From Turneriella sp. (lineage in GTDB: Bacteria; Spirochaetota; Leptospiria; Turneriellales; Turneriellaceae), in contig CBDIID010000003.1 of NCBI GenBank assembly GCA_965279515.1, positions 768,001 to 832,000 of the forward strand: a stretch of DNA of 64,000 nucleotides, read 5' to 3'. Positions 1-9,558 of this stretch are shown here, in pieces. A program made the translations under genes and the position numbers. Positions within the stretch are counted from its first letter, which is position 1, and each line of letters starts with the position of its first letter. Below the pieces are notes generated by a model. That model was not told the DNA's origin. It saw nothing but the letters and a program-made list of their open reading frames with translations, and made no database searches.

Positions 1-40
1 GCCAAACCAGCGATTATGGGAAAAAGTTGGGTTAGCCGAT

Positions 41-1210
41 TCACCCTGGAGGGTGCAGGTCGCGCGCTCCCTCGTAAATCACACGCGGGCGGAACAGGCG
101 GTTGTTTTCGTGCTGCTCGATATGGTGCGACACGAGGCCGGCCAGGCGCGAGCAGAGGAAGATCGGCGTATAGAGGTCGATCGGCACGTTGATGAGATAA
201 TAGAGCAGCGCGATCGGATAGTCGGCGTTGGGGTAAAGGCCCTTCTCGCGCGCCATCGTCTTTTCAATCGTCTGGTAGATGGAATAGAGATCTTTGCCAT
301 CGGGGCGCTGGTCTACCAGTTTCGGGATATAGTCTTTCATGAGAAAGGCACGCGGGTCATACTTCTTCATGTACACGCGGTGGCCAAAACCCATGATCTT
401 GTCTTTACGCGTGAGTTTGCCCATGATATAGCTTTCGGCAGTCGACGGGCCGCCGGTCTTATTGACCTCGAGGAACATCTGCATCGCCGCTTCGTTCGCG
501 CCGCCATGGAGGGGGCCTTTTAAAGAGGCAACTGCCGCTGCACATGAACCGTAGATATCGGAGAGCGTTGAGCTCACGACGCGTACGGCAAAGGTTGAGT
601 TAGGCATCTCATGCTCGATATAGGTTGTGAGAATTTTGTCGAGCGTGTCGGTTTCGACCGCAGTGGGTTTAGAGCCCTTAATCATGTGGACAAAGTTCTC
701 TGAATAACCCAGCGATTTATCCGGCTTCACAAAGGGCAAACCATTGATAGCGCGGTAGCTGTTCACAGCGATTGTGGGCGCTTTTGCGAGAATTTTGAGG
801 GCTTTTTCTTCGTTTGTTTTCGTCGACGTGTCCATCAGGAAGTCGTGTTCTTCGTAGCCGCCGAGAATAGAGATACCGGTGCGGAGTGCATCCATTGCCT
901 GCGTCTTCTTCGGCAGCAGCTTGAAGATTTCATACATTTCATTGGGAATCTCGGCCTGGTCCATGAGCTTTTGCTCGAAGGCCTTGGCTTCAGCATCTGA
1001 TGGGAATTTGTTGTAAATCAGCAGGTAAGCGACTTTAATGTATGAGGTCTTTTGGATCAGTTCGATGAGGTCGTAACCCCGAACGACGATCTGTTCTTTC
1101 GCTTCGTCGAGCAAGGAGAGTTTGGTGATACAGGCGATGACGCCGTCAAGGCCTGGTTTATAATCCGCGTGTTCGTTTGCCATAAGGCGCATAAATGGAT
1201 TTTGAGTCAT
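41..1210 (-). CDS. prpC: citrate/2-methylcitrate synthase (MmgD/PrpC-type)
   Basis: Motifs GLDGVIA, EHEMPNSTF, GPLHGGANE, IMGFGHRVY..DPR, YPNADY and C-terminal NNRLFRPR. Short (389 aa) dimeric type resembling Bacillus MmgD. Confidence 0.85.
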   Translation of the reverse strand: MTQNPFMRLMANEHADYKPGLDGVIACITKLSLLDEAKEQIVVRGYDLIELIQKTSYIKVAYLLIYNKFPSDAEAKAFEQKLMDQAEIPNEMYEIFKLLPKKTQAMDALRTGISILGGYEEHDFLMDTSTKTNEEKALKILAKAPTIAVNSYRAINGLPFVKPDKSLGYSENFVHMIKGSKPTAVETDTLDKILTTYIEHEMPNSTFAVRVVSSTLSDIYGSCAAAVASLKGPLHGGANEAAMQMFLEVNKTGGPSTAESYIMGKLTRKDKIMGFGHRVYMKKYDPRAFLMKDYIPKLVDQRPDGKDLYSIYQTIEKTMAREKGLYPNADYPIALLYYLINVPIDLYTPIFLCSRLAGLVSHHIEQHENNRLFRPRVIYEGARDLHPPG

Positions 1211-1301
1211 ACCGACTACTTTTTTGAGGCCATCCCCCCGATAAAGAGTTTACATCGCCGCGCAACGGCAGATTTAAATCCATGTTAGAGGAGGTCTTCC
1301 C

Positions 1302-2363
1302 ATAGCCGTTTCCGCGCAAGCGGGCCGCACCCTGATACTTCAGGATTGGTATGCGGAGAATGATCTCATTAACCCGACGCTCTTCGCCCTGCTCGAACTC
1401 TTCCCCCGCGCCGATGTCGGCTTCCTGAAGAACTTTGAAACGGCGCTGCCCATGCACCTGGCCGACCACCATGTCAGCTTCTTTGCCTCGCGCCTGACAC
1501 GGAAAAGCCTCGATGATTTGCAGAGCCTGATCGAGGTCGAGGCGCAGATTCCATGGCAAGACTATGACCTCGTCATCGCCAATACCCGGGGGTACCTGCG
1601 CCACCTGCGGCGGAGTCTCACGGGATCCACACGCTTTATTGTCTACCAGCACGACCTGTTACCTTTCCTGTGGCGGGCCGATGTCGAAGCGCTGAACGTG
1701 GCAGAATCGGCGGCGCTGCTGAGAAACCAGGAAATTGACCTGGAATTCGGCGCGGGGATCAACCTCACCATTGCAGCAAATTTTGCCCTCCGCAATACTC
1801 TCGCCGCGATGCTGAAACGCGATGTGCTGCTTGCCTACCCGCTCATTGACCAAAGCCTGTTTTTCCCCGAAGCGGATGTTCTGCCGGAATACTTTCTTGC
1901 CACCGACGCCGTCGACGTGCAGAAGCTGGTGCACCTGATGTCCTGCGTCTCCGATAAACTCGTGGTTCTGGGGGAATCCAAACCGGATAAACTCCTGCGC
2001 GAGCTGAAGCCCGATAATATCTTTTATACCGGAAAACTCGGCATCTATGACCAGGCATACTATGTCGCCGGTGCCAAGGCACTCATCTGCGGCGAGACCA
2101 AGAGCCTCACCCACCTGCCCCTCGCCGCGCTCAAATCAGGCATCCCGCTCATCTGCCATCCCTCGCAGGGCATGCAGGAATTTCTTTCAGACGGGGAGAT
2201 CGGCTGCGAACTCGAAACCGCATCGTCCGATGAAATTCTCGGCTATATCCGTAAATACCGCAAAGAGAAAAGCGATCGTGAAAAAATCGCCGCTTCCATC
2301 GACTGGCTCAACAAGGAATATTTCATGCGCCGTATGCGCAAGGCGTTCGAAAAGGAAAAATAA
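1302..2363 (+). CDS. glycosyltransferase family 4-like protein (degenerate catalytic motif)
   Basis: Frame is open upstream of the ORF-track start (1452) and encodes LILQDW..LLELFPRADV, typical of GT4 N-termini. C-terminal LPLAALKSGIPLI..G. SD AGGAGGT (1289-1295) lies 6 nt before an in-frame ATA at 1302. Confidence 0.65.
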   Translation: MAVSAQAGRTLILQDWYAENDLINPTLFALLELFPRADVGFLKNFETALPMHLADHHVSFFASRLTRKSLDDLQSLIEVEAQIPWQDYDLVIANTRGYLRHLRRSLTGSTRFIVYQHDLLPFLWRADVEALNVAESAALLRNQEIDLEFGAGINLTIAANFALRNTLAAMLKRDVLLAYPLIDQSLFFPEADVLPEYFLATDAVDVQKLVHLMSCVSDKLVVLGESKPDKLLRELKPDNIFYTGKLGIYDQAYYVAGAKALICGETKSLTHLPLAALKSGIPLICHPSQGMQEFLSDGEIGCELETASSDEILGYIRKYRKEKSDREKIAASIDWLNKEYFMRRMRKAFEKEK

Positions 2364-2368
2364 GCGGC

Positions 2369-3604
2369 GTGCGCATTCTGCCGATCATCGCGGCGTCGAT
2401 TATACTGACCACCATCGACGCTGGCCTTTTTGCCGAAGGTAATCCTACGCTGCGCCGCATCAGCATCACGGGGCTTAAACGCACAAACGACCAGGTCATT
2501 TTGCAATACGTCGACGCCAAAGAAGGCGACGCAGCAGACAAAATCGATACCGAGAAGCTGCGGGTTTTTCTCGAGCGCCTGCGCATCTTCTCCAGGGTGG
2601 ATGTACACCTGGGTGAAGCCGACGGCACGGCGTGCAGCAAGGATTGTGTCCTGACGATCGCCGTCCGGGAAAAGTGGAGCCTCTATCCGATACCCGTCTA
2701 TGTCAAATACCGCGATACCGAAATCGGCGGCGCTTTCCTGGTGGAATCGAACTTCATGGGCGAGAACAAGGGTTTGGCAGCCGGGGCGCTGCTCTCCAAC
2801 CGCGGCTGGCAGGCACTCTTTGGTTATACCGACCCGCATATCCGCTATAGTCGAATCTCCACAACGATGCGCTATCTCACCGGCCGGGTTTTTATTGAAG
2901 ATGCAACGCCCAAAGGGGAGATTCTGCGCAGCTATACGCTAATGCGCCACGACTTCCAGTCAGCCACGGGTTATAACTGGCGCAGCGGCTTCTTTTTGGG
3001 TGTGCTTGCCGGCTACCGTTCCGCCGAAGTTCTCGACCGCGCATGGATCCAGAGCGCAAGTGTCATGAATGTGGGAGTCCGCCTGAAATATTCTTCCGTT
3101 ACGCCCACAGATTTTTTCCAGACAGGGTTCGAAACGACGTTTGACAGCGAAAAGGGCATCGCCTTTTCCGGCGATAATCTGCACACGGTTTCGAGCGCGA
3201 GCGCCCTGCACGTGAAGACCTTCAAACAGCAGTTTGTGAGCTTCCTGTTTTCTTTTCAGTATTCTCACTATCCTGAACCCCTGGAACAGCGCCTCGGCGG
3301 CTGGCAGGGTACGCGCACATTGCCGGCGCTGCTCATACCTGCAGATAAGTTCACCGTGGGTGCTATCAATTACCAGGTCGCCTTGCTGCAGTTTTCATGG
3401 GCCACCTTCGCGGGACTCGCCTTCTTCGACGCCGGAACCGCGCGGCGCGACGGCGAAACACCGATTACGTTTTACGGACCCGGCGCCGGTGTGCGCATGT
3501 ACCTCACCGAAATCACCATCCCCGCGTTCGGCGTCGACATCGCCCGTGACATACCCAGCGAACAGATTCAAGTAAGTTTTTTCATTGGTTACAATCTGCA
3601 ATGA
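2369..3604 (+). CDS. Omp85/BamA-family outer membrane beta-barrel protein with one POTRA domain
   Basis: Signal peptide, POTRA-like ISITGLKRT..RIFSRV..VREKW, ESNFMG, FFDAG, YGPGAGVR, aromatic C-terminal strand. Confidence 0.7.
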   Translation: MRILPIIAASIILTTIDAGLFAEGNPTLRRISITGLKRTNDQVILQYVDAKEGDAADKIDTEKLRVFLERLRIFSRVDVHLGEADGTACSKDCVLTIAVREKWSLYPIPVYVKYRDTEIGGAFLVESNFMGENKGLAAGALLSNRGWQALFGYTDPHIRYSRISTTMRYLTGRVFIEDATPKGEILRSYTLMRHDFQSATGYNWRSGFFLGVLAGYRSAEVLDRAWIQSASVMNVGVRLKYSSVTPTDFFQTGFETTFDSEKGIAFSGDNLHTVSSASALHVKTFKQQFVSFLFSFQYSHYPEPLEQRLGGWQGTRTLPALLIPADKFTVGAINYQVALLQFSWATFAGLAFFDAGTARRDGETPITFYGPGAGVRMYLTEITIPAFGVDIARDIPSEQIQVSFFIGYNLQ

Positions 3605-4314
3605 AACCGGGTGTGCTTATTATTACCGGCGAAGCGGCGAAATATGGCAGCGGCCACAGCATGCGCATGCACGAGGTCGCACTCGAGCTCAAAAAGAGAA
3701 AGATCGACGTGCAGAAACTCTGCATCGCCGCCGACAGCGCCGTCGACGTACCGCTGCCCTTTTCTGTCGTCATTCTCGACCGGCGCGACACCGCATTTAA
3801 TCCCCCGCTCTTAGACCTGCAGGTCGCGAAAATTGCTGTGGATAACCGGGGAGCCGGTCGCAATGAAGCCGACACAGTGGCCGATCTTTTACCGCACCCC
3901 GAAATGGATAAAAAGGAATACGCCGCTGCGCTCGGAAATATCATTCTCTCCCCGGAGATTTCGGCCTTACCCTCAAGAACCGCGGCCAGCCGGATTACCC
4001 TCCACAACACCGCAGAAGAAGCGATCGCCGCTGCGGATTTTGTGCCGGGTAAAGAGCGGCTTTCGCCGCGTGAATTTATCCGGCAGCTTGCCGCCTCACA
4101 ACGTCCCGCGCTCTATTTCGGGCAGGCATTGTTCGAGGCGCTCTATCTCGGCCTCGATGTTCAACTTTACCCTGTGAGTGAATACCACAAGAAGCTCGCG
4201 GTGGATTTATTCTCGCGGCAGCTGATCGAGCCCGGTTTACTGGCGGCTCTCGACGGCAAGGGGCTCGGGCGTTTCACCGACCTGGTACAGAATATTTTAA
4301 AAAAGGCGGATTGA
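3601..4314 (+). CDS. PseG/SpsG-like GT-B fold protein
   Basis: N-terminal YGSGHSMR (GxGH..R), ILD and IAVD motifs, C-terminal LDGKG..R. Overlaps upstream stop (ATGA). Confidence 0.5.
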   Translation: MKPGVLIITGEAAKYGSGHSMRMHEVALELKKRKIDVQKLCIAADSAVDVPLPFSVVILDRRDTAFNPPLLDLQVAKIAVDNRGAGRNEADTVADLLPHPEMDKKEYAAALGNIILSPEISALPSRTAASRITLHNTAEEAIAAADFVPGKERLSPREFIRQLAASQRPALYFGQALFEALYLGLDVQLYPVSEYHKKLAVDLFSRQLIEPGLLAALDGKGLGRFTDLVQNILKKAD

Positions 4315-4315
4315 A

Positions 4316-5359
4316 ATGTTTCGACGGATTGTTTTTACGATAACGCTGTTTATCCCCGCCCTGTTCGCGGGCTTCGAGGCCAAAGAAAAGGGCAAGACGA
4401 TCACCATCAAGGCGGTGGGCGACATGGTACCGGGCACGCTCTACCCGGAACGCCGGGTACCGGAGAAGCCGTATGAAACCATCTTTGCGCCGATCCAGGA
4501 ATATCTTTCCGGCGCGGATGTCCTGTTCGGAAATTTTGAAAGCACGCTGACGAATTTCCCCAAAACTTCGAAGAACACATCTTCGAAACATGTCTTCGCC
4601 TTCCGCACGCCGCCCGAAACAGCGGCTGTCTTAAAGCGCGCGGGTTTTCATGTATTAAGTACCGCAAACAACCACTCGGGCGATTTCGGCACGCGTGGCT
4701 TCGACGATACGATGGCCAATCTCAAGGCGCAGGGCATCACCGCCATCGGCCGCAAGGGACAGATCGCCTATAAGACAATCTCGGGTGTTGATTTTGCCTT
4801 TATTCCATTCAGCTACCTGCGCGCGCACAGCAATGTCAAAGATTTAGACGGCATGCGCGAGCTGGTGCGCACGGCGCGCGAAAAGGCCGCTGTCGTGGTC
4901 ATCTCATGCCACTGGGGCGGCGAGGGTGAAAAATTCCTGCATACAAAAAACGAAACGGAAATGTTCTATGGCGAAAACCGCGGCAACCTGATTGCCTTTT
5001 CTCATGCGGCAGTCGATGCCGGGGCCGACCTGATTTTAGGTCACGGCCCGCACGTGGTGCGCGCGCTCGAACTTTATAAGAACCGCCTGATTGTCTATTC
5101 GTTGGGCAACTTTATCGGCTATGGCGCATTGTCTTCCAAAGGCAAAACGGGATTATCCCTCGTGCTGACGGTGAAAGTCGATGGCGAGGGAAAATTTCTG
5201 GGCGGCAAAATCACGCCGATGAACATGCCCGAAAAATCGCTGCCGCGCTATGATGCGTCGGGTAAGACGATTGAACTGATGCGCAGCCTCACCGAGGCGG
5301 ATTTTCCGCGGACCAAGCTGCAAATCAGTGATGATGGCTCCATAACGGTGACAAAGTAG
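4316..5359 (+). CDS. CapA/PGA_cap family metallophosphoesterase
   Basis: AVGD, GNFES, STANNHSGDFG, SCHWGGE, GADLILGHGPHV, YSLGNF. Confidence 0.9.
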   Translation: MFRRIVFTITLFIPALFAGFEAKEKGKTITIKAVGDMVPGTLYPERRVPEKPYETIFAPIQEYLSGADVLFGNFESTLTNFPKTSKNTSSKHVFAFRTPPETAAVLKRAGFHVLSTANNHSGDFGTRGFDDTMANLKAQGITAIGRKGQIAYKTISGVDFAFIPFSYLRAHSNVKDLDGMRELVRTAREKAAVVVISCHWGGEGEKFLHTKNETEMFYGENRGNLIAFSHAAVDAGADLILGHGPHVVRALELYKNRLIVYSLGNFIGYGALSSKGKTGLSLVLTVKVDGEGKFLGGKITPMNMPEKSLPRYDASGKTIELMRSLTEADFPRTKLQISDDGSITVTK

Positions 5360-5362
5360 GCT

Positions 5363-5498
5363 TTTGCCGTGGGGTTCTTACCAATGCCGCAAGCAACCGC
5401 AAGCCTCGCACTTTGCTGCGCAAAGTGCTGCTAAAGCGGCCGGCGATTTGATTACAAATCGCCTTGCCTGCTCGCGGTTGCTTTTTGCCTACGGCAAA
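5363..5498. repeat. Y-shaped multi-stem palindromic element (MITE/REP-like or structured RNA)
   Basis: Nested stems 5363-5373/5488-5498 and 5391-5404/5470-5483 enclose hairpins GCACTTTGC-tgc-GCAAAGTGC and GGCGATTTG-atta-CAAATCGCC. Confidence 0.65.
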
Positions 5499-5518
5499 TC
5501 CGCGGCTTGGTTCGAACC

Positions 5519-8101
5519 CTAAGCCGCCTTAAACTCGACCCCGTTAAATTTCCGTTTCGCCACGATCTTCTTCCCCTGTTCATACTTGCCCTCAAGCAGG
5601 GTCTGCGCGAGGGGGTTCAGGAGCAGAGTCTCGATCGCCCGCTTCATCGGGCGTGCGCCATAATCTTCGTCGAAGCCCTCTTCGATGATGAGTTTTTTGA
5701 CATCGTCAGAAACCTCGAGTTCGATACCCCGCGCACGGATCTTCTGCACAACCTGGTCGATCTGCAACCCGGCAATCTTTTCCAGGTGCTCCGCATTCAG
5801 GCGGTGGAACTGGATCACCGCATCGAGGCGGTTTAAGAACTCCGGCCTGAAAAAGCCGCGTACGGTATCGAGCACACGCACTTCCTGCTCCTCGGTGTTG
5901 AGGTCGCGGTTCGAGAGATGCTCCGAGCCGAGATTCGAGGTCATGATCAGAATCGTGTTGCGGAAGTTGACGAGCCTGCCCTTGGCGTCGGTCAGCCTAC
6001 CCTCGTCCAGAATCTGCAGGAACAGATTAAAGACATCGGGATGCGCCTTTTCGATCTCATCGAACAGAATCACGCTGTAAGGACGGCGGCGCACTTTCTC
6101 CGTGAGCTGCCCGCCCTCGTCGTAACCGACATAACCTGGCGGCGAACCGATGAGTTTTGCCACCGAATGTTTTTCCATGTATTCGCTCATATCGATGCGC
6201 ACCATCGCCTTGGCGTCGTCGAACAGGTATTCGGCCAGTGCCTTGGCTGTCTCGGTCTTACCGACGCCCGTGGGCCCCAGAAACAGGAAGCTGCCGATGG
6301 GCTTATCTTCGTCGGCGATACCTGCGCGATTGCGCCGTATCGCATGTGCGATCGCCTCGACGGCGTTTTCCTGGCCGACAACGCGCTCATGCAGAACACT
6401 TTCGATGCGTAACAGTTTTGTTTTTTCCGAGGTCAGCATCTTCGAAACCGGAATTCCGGTCCAGCGTGCGACGATCTCGGCGATATCCTCTTCGGTAACT
6501 TCTTCTTTCAGAAGACGCACCTCGGAGTTTTTCTTTTTCATGCCCTCGAGCGCCGCCTCAAGCTTCTTCTGCAGCCCGGGAATCTGGCCATAACGCAGTT
6601 CCGCGACACGGTTCAGGTCGCCCTTACGCTCGGCGGCGGCTTCTTCGGTTTTAACTTTATCAATCTCGGCCTTGATGGAAGAAACCTGGGTCAGATCCTT
6701 TTTCTCACTGTCGAGCTTCAGCTTCATACCCTGAAAATGTTCTTTCAGTTCGCTCAGCTCTTTTCTGACAACGGCTAGCCTTTCGATGCTCGCGGCGTCA
6801 TTTTCACGGTTGAGCGCCGTCTCTTCGATCGTCAGTCCAATAATTTTCCGGTTGAGGTCATCCAGCTCCTGCGGCATCGAGTTGCGCTCGATCTTGAGTT
6901 TCGCGCAGGCCTCGTCGATGAGGTCGATCGCCTTGTCTGGCAAAAACCGGTCGCTGATGTAGCGGTTCGACAGCGTTGCCGCTGAAACGATCGCGGCATC
7001 GGTTATTCGTATGCCGTGGTGCACTTCATAACGCTCGCGCAGGCCGCGCAGAATCGTGATCGCGTCTTCGACCGACGGCTCGTTGACATACACCGTTTGA
7101 AACCGGCGTTCGAGCGCGGCATCTTTTTCTAGGTGCTTCTGGTATTCTTTCAGCGTCGTCGCGCCGATGAGGTGGATCTCCCCCCGCGCCAGCGCCGGCT
7201 TCAGCATGTTGGCGGCGTCGAGTTGTCCCTCGCCCGCGCCCGCACCAACCACGGTATGGATCTCGTCGATGAACAGAATGAGTTTATCCTGGTTGGCACG
7301 CACTTCGTCGAGGACTGCCTTCAGGCGCTCTTCAAATTCGCCGCGGTATTTCGCACCGGCAATTAACGACCCCATATCAAGCGTTACGACAGTTTTATCG
7401 CGCAGGATTTCAGGCACGTCACCGGAGACAATCCGCCCGGCAAGGCCCTCGACAATCGCGGTCTTACCCGTACCGGGCTCGCCGATTAAGAGCGGGTTAT
7501 TTTTATTGCGGCGCGAGAGAATCTGAATCGTACGGCGGATCTCTTCATCGCGGCCGATCACAGGGTCGAGTTTGCCCGCACGCGCGAGCTCGTTCAGGTT
7601 TTTGCCGTATTTTTTCAGTGCGTTAAATTTGGCCTCGGGGTTATCAGAATCAGCCTTCTGGCTGCCACGCAGCTCTTTCAGAATCGGCGCGAGATTGCGG
7701 CGATCGAGCCCCAACGCGGCGAGCTCATTTTTCAGGGCGAAGCTGCCGTTGGTATAGGCGAGCAGCAGGTGTTCGAGCGAGAGATACTGGTCGTCGAGGC
7801 CGTTCATCTCTTTTTCTGCCAGCTGCAAGAACTTGCGCGCGTCGTTCGAAAGATTCTGCCCGGGTTCGAACTCCCCCTGCGCCCTCGGCAGGCGCGCGAG
7901 ATAGTTATCAAACAGCGCCACGGCGTCGGCGGAATTTTTCCCCAGGCGCCCCATAACCTGAGCCGGCAGACCATCCGACTCTTCGAAGAGCGCAGCCATA
8001 AAGTGTTCGGGTGTTAAATCAGCATGGCCCAGTTCGCGGGCCTTGTGCACCGCGGCCTGATAAACGGCGCGGGTTTTAATAGTCATATTTTCAGCGGTCA
8101 T
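5519..8101 (-). CDS. clpB: ATP-dependent chaperone ClpB
   Basis: Two AAA+ modules ([16 protein letters not shown]), coiled-coil M domain, Clp N-domain, 860 aa. Confidence 0.97.
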   Translation of the reverse strand: MTAENMTIKTRAVYQAAVHKARELGHADLTPEHFMAALFEESDGLPAQVMGRLGKNSADAVALFDNYLARLPRAQGEFEPGQNLSNDARKFLQLAEKEMNGLDDQYLSLEHLLLAYTNGSFALKNELAALGLDRRNLAPILKELRGSQKADSDNPEAKFNALKKYGKNLNELARAGKLDPVIGRDEEIRRTIQILSRRNKNNPLLIGEPGTGKTAIVEGLAGRIVSGDVPEILRDKTVVTLDMGSLIAGAKYRGEFEERLKAVLDEVRANQDKLILFIDEIHTVVGAGAGEGQLDAANMLKPALARGEIHLIGATTLKEYQKHLEKDAALERRFQTVYVNEPSVEDAITILRGLRERYEVHHGIRITDAAIVSAATLSNRYISDRFLPDKAIDLIDEACAKLKIERNSMPQELDDLNRKIIGLTIEETALNRENDAASIERLAVVRKELSELKEHFQGMKLKLDSEKKDLTQVSSIKAEIDKVKTEEAAAERKGDLNRVAELRYGQIPGLQKKLEAALEGMKKKNSEVRLLKEEVTEEDIAEIVARWTGIPVSKMLTSEKTKLLRIESVLHERVVGQENAVEAIAHAIRRNRAGIADEDKPIGSFLFLGPTGVGKTETAKALAEYLFDDAKAMVRIDMSEYMEKHSVAKLIGSPPGYVGYDEGGQLTEKVRRRPYSVILFDEIEKAHPDVFNLFLQILDEGRLTDAKGRLVNFRNTILIMTSNLGSEHLSNRDLNTEEQEVRVLDTVRGFFRPEFLNRLDAVIQFHRLNAEHLEKIAGLQIDQVVQKIRARGIELEVSDDVKKLIIEEGFDEDYGARPMKRAIETLLLNPLAQTLLEGKYEQGKKIVAKRKFNGVEFKAA

Positions 8102-8119
8102 AGTTTTCCTTTTAGAGTG

Positions 8120-8146
8120 ATAGCACTCTTGCGTTAACAGTGCTAA
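8120..8146 (-). promoter_or_regulatory. CIRCE element (HrcA operator) upstream of clpB
   Basis: Minus strand TTAGCACTG-N9-GAGTGCTAT versus consensus TTAGCACTC-N9-GAGTGCTAA, 18 nt before the clpB start. Confidence 0.9.
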
Positions 8147-8189
8147 TATACTATACGCGGTTTAGCCCGGCTTTTTTTTAAATCAGGGT

Positions 8190-8999
8190 TTAGAGGTTTT
8201 CTTTCAGCCAGGCTGAGTCTATGCGCTTGGGAAAATACAGCCCGTCGCTGCCTAAATGCGGGCTGTACTGGCCACGTACCTTGAGCTCAAGGCAATGCAC
8301 ACCCTTCCAGGCTTCCATGTTACGGTAGAGCTGCTGAATCTGAAAGCGCAATGTCTGGTAGCTGACACCGGCGCCAAAGGTAGAATCAAAATTGACAAAG
8401 GCGCAGCGGCCTTCGACCCCTGCCCCGAGAATCCGCGGCTTACGGATGAACGAGTCGATATAATCCTTATCCTGCTCTCTCATGGTCGGCCCTTTAATGA
8501 GCTGCGAAACCATAGTCTTGAGGTCGGTTTTCTCTCCGAGATCACGCTTTACCTGCGACAGAACCGGATTTCCTTTGGCGTTGAGTTTATAAAACAAAAA
8601 GACGGCCGGGTTCGATTCCTCTTCGGGCGCGGCAGATGCGGCAAGGGGCTCTTCTTTTTCAGCCACCAGCGCGGGCTCTTCTTCCTGTAGCTCCTGGCGT
8701 TTTAAGCCTTTAGGCTCGGGCTCGAGGGGAATATTGCGTGAAACCGACTGCCCTTCGCCGCCCTTGACGCCTTCCGACGACAGCTTCTTCGTCAGCCAGT
8801 CGCGGACGGTCTTTTTCCAGCCTGCTTCCTGCCCCAGGGCGCGTCCCTGGATTTTATTAGCCTTGGGCCCCTGTTCCGACTCGGTCAGGCGATCGATCGC
8901 GAAAAAACCCCAGCCGATGATACCCAGGACGAAGAGAATGGTAACGAGATTTTGCCCGTTAGAGCTGGATTTTTTTGAGCCGCGCGCACTCCGGTTCAC
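8190..8999 (-). CDS. GerMN domain membrane-anchored protein
   Basis: N-terminal TM helix, acidic linker, C-terminal LIKGPT..E..AFVNF..QI GerMN pattern. Confidence 0.7.
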   Translation of the reverse strand: MNRSARGSKKSSSNGQNLVTILFVLGIIGWGFFAIDRLTESEQGPKANKIQGRALGQEAGWKKTVRDWLTKKLSSEGVKGGEGQSVSRNIPLEPEPKGLKRQELQEEEPALVAEKEEPLAASAAPEEESNPAVFLFYKLNAKGNPVLSQVKRDLGEKTDLKTMVSQLIKGPTMREQDKDYIDSFIRKPRILGAGVEGRCAFVNFDSTFGAGVSYQTLRFQIQQLYRNMEAWKGVHCLELKVRGQYSPHLGSDGLYFPKRIDSAWLKENL

Positions 9000-9053
9000 A
9001 TATGAATATCGACATCTTCACTACCCAGACTTGAAAACCGGGGCCCGTGGCGG

Positions 9054-9488
9054 CTATTCAGCTTTTTGCACGCGGTAAATCAGGTCCTTGACCCTCAGCC
9101 GGTAAGTGCCTTCAAAACCGCTCTCACCCTGGCGCTCAAAGACCACCCTCGTCCGGCTCTCCGCGAGCGATTTATAGAAAGCCCGCCACTTTTGGCGGGC
9201 GGCTTCGGCAACCTGTCCGCCTTTAATAAACTGCTGAAACTCGGGGTGGGTGCGGCGCTGGTAGGCTTCGCGGTCATAACGTTCTTTATACGCCACAAGA
9301 TCATCCAGCAGCCTGGCATCGCATGCCTGAAAACGGTTTTCATCGTCAGCGAGGGCACAGCGCACCTGGAAGGTATCGGTATCGAGAAACCCCGTCGCGG
9401 TATAGTTGCGCTCGACATCCTTAAGGACGGTGTCGCGCGAGGGCGAGCAAAACGTGGAAAGAAGGAGGACAAAGGATATTAAACGCAG
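9054..9488 (-). CDS. hypothetical lipoprotein (probable CTG start)
   Basis: Frame is open upstream of 9365 and encodes LRLISFVLLLSTFC (signal peptide plus lipobox Cys), then ATGFLDTDTFQV. GAGGT lies 5 nt before CTG at 9488. Confidence 0.6.
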   Translation of the reverse strand: MRLISFVLLLSTFCSPSRDTVLKDVERNYTATGFLDTDTFQVRCALADDENRFQACDARLLDDLVAYKERYDREAYQRRTHPEFQQFIKGGQVAEAARQKWRAFYKSLAESRTRVVFERQGESGFEGTYRLRVKDLIYRVQKAE

Positions 9489-9522
9489 AGTAAACCTCTG
9501 ATACCAGCACGCATTTTCTTGA

Positions 9523-9551
9523 CTTTGCGAAACTCTGCGGCCTTTGCGTTT
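9523..9551. repeat. periodic CTYTGCG repeat half-element downstream of rho
   Basis: ctttgcg-aaa-ctctgcg-gc-ctttgcgttt, closely similar to the right arm of the 16350-16428 element. Confidence 0.5.
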
Positions 9552-9558
9552 TCCCCTA

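Noticed and set aside
5363..5498. tRNA, suggested by the cloverleaf-like pairing
   Set aside because: Too long, with no TTC T-loop, D-loop or anticodon geometry.
9066..9482. Plus-strand 138-aa ORF with a hydrophobic stretch
   Set aside because: The minus-strand lipoprotein frame has a signal peptide and SD and is co-oriented with its neighbours.
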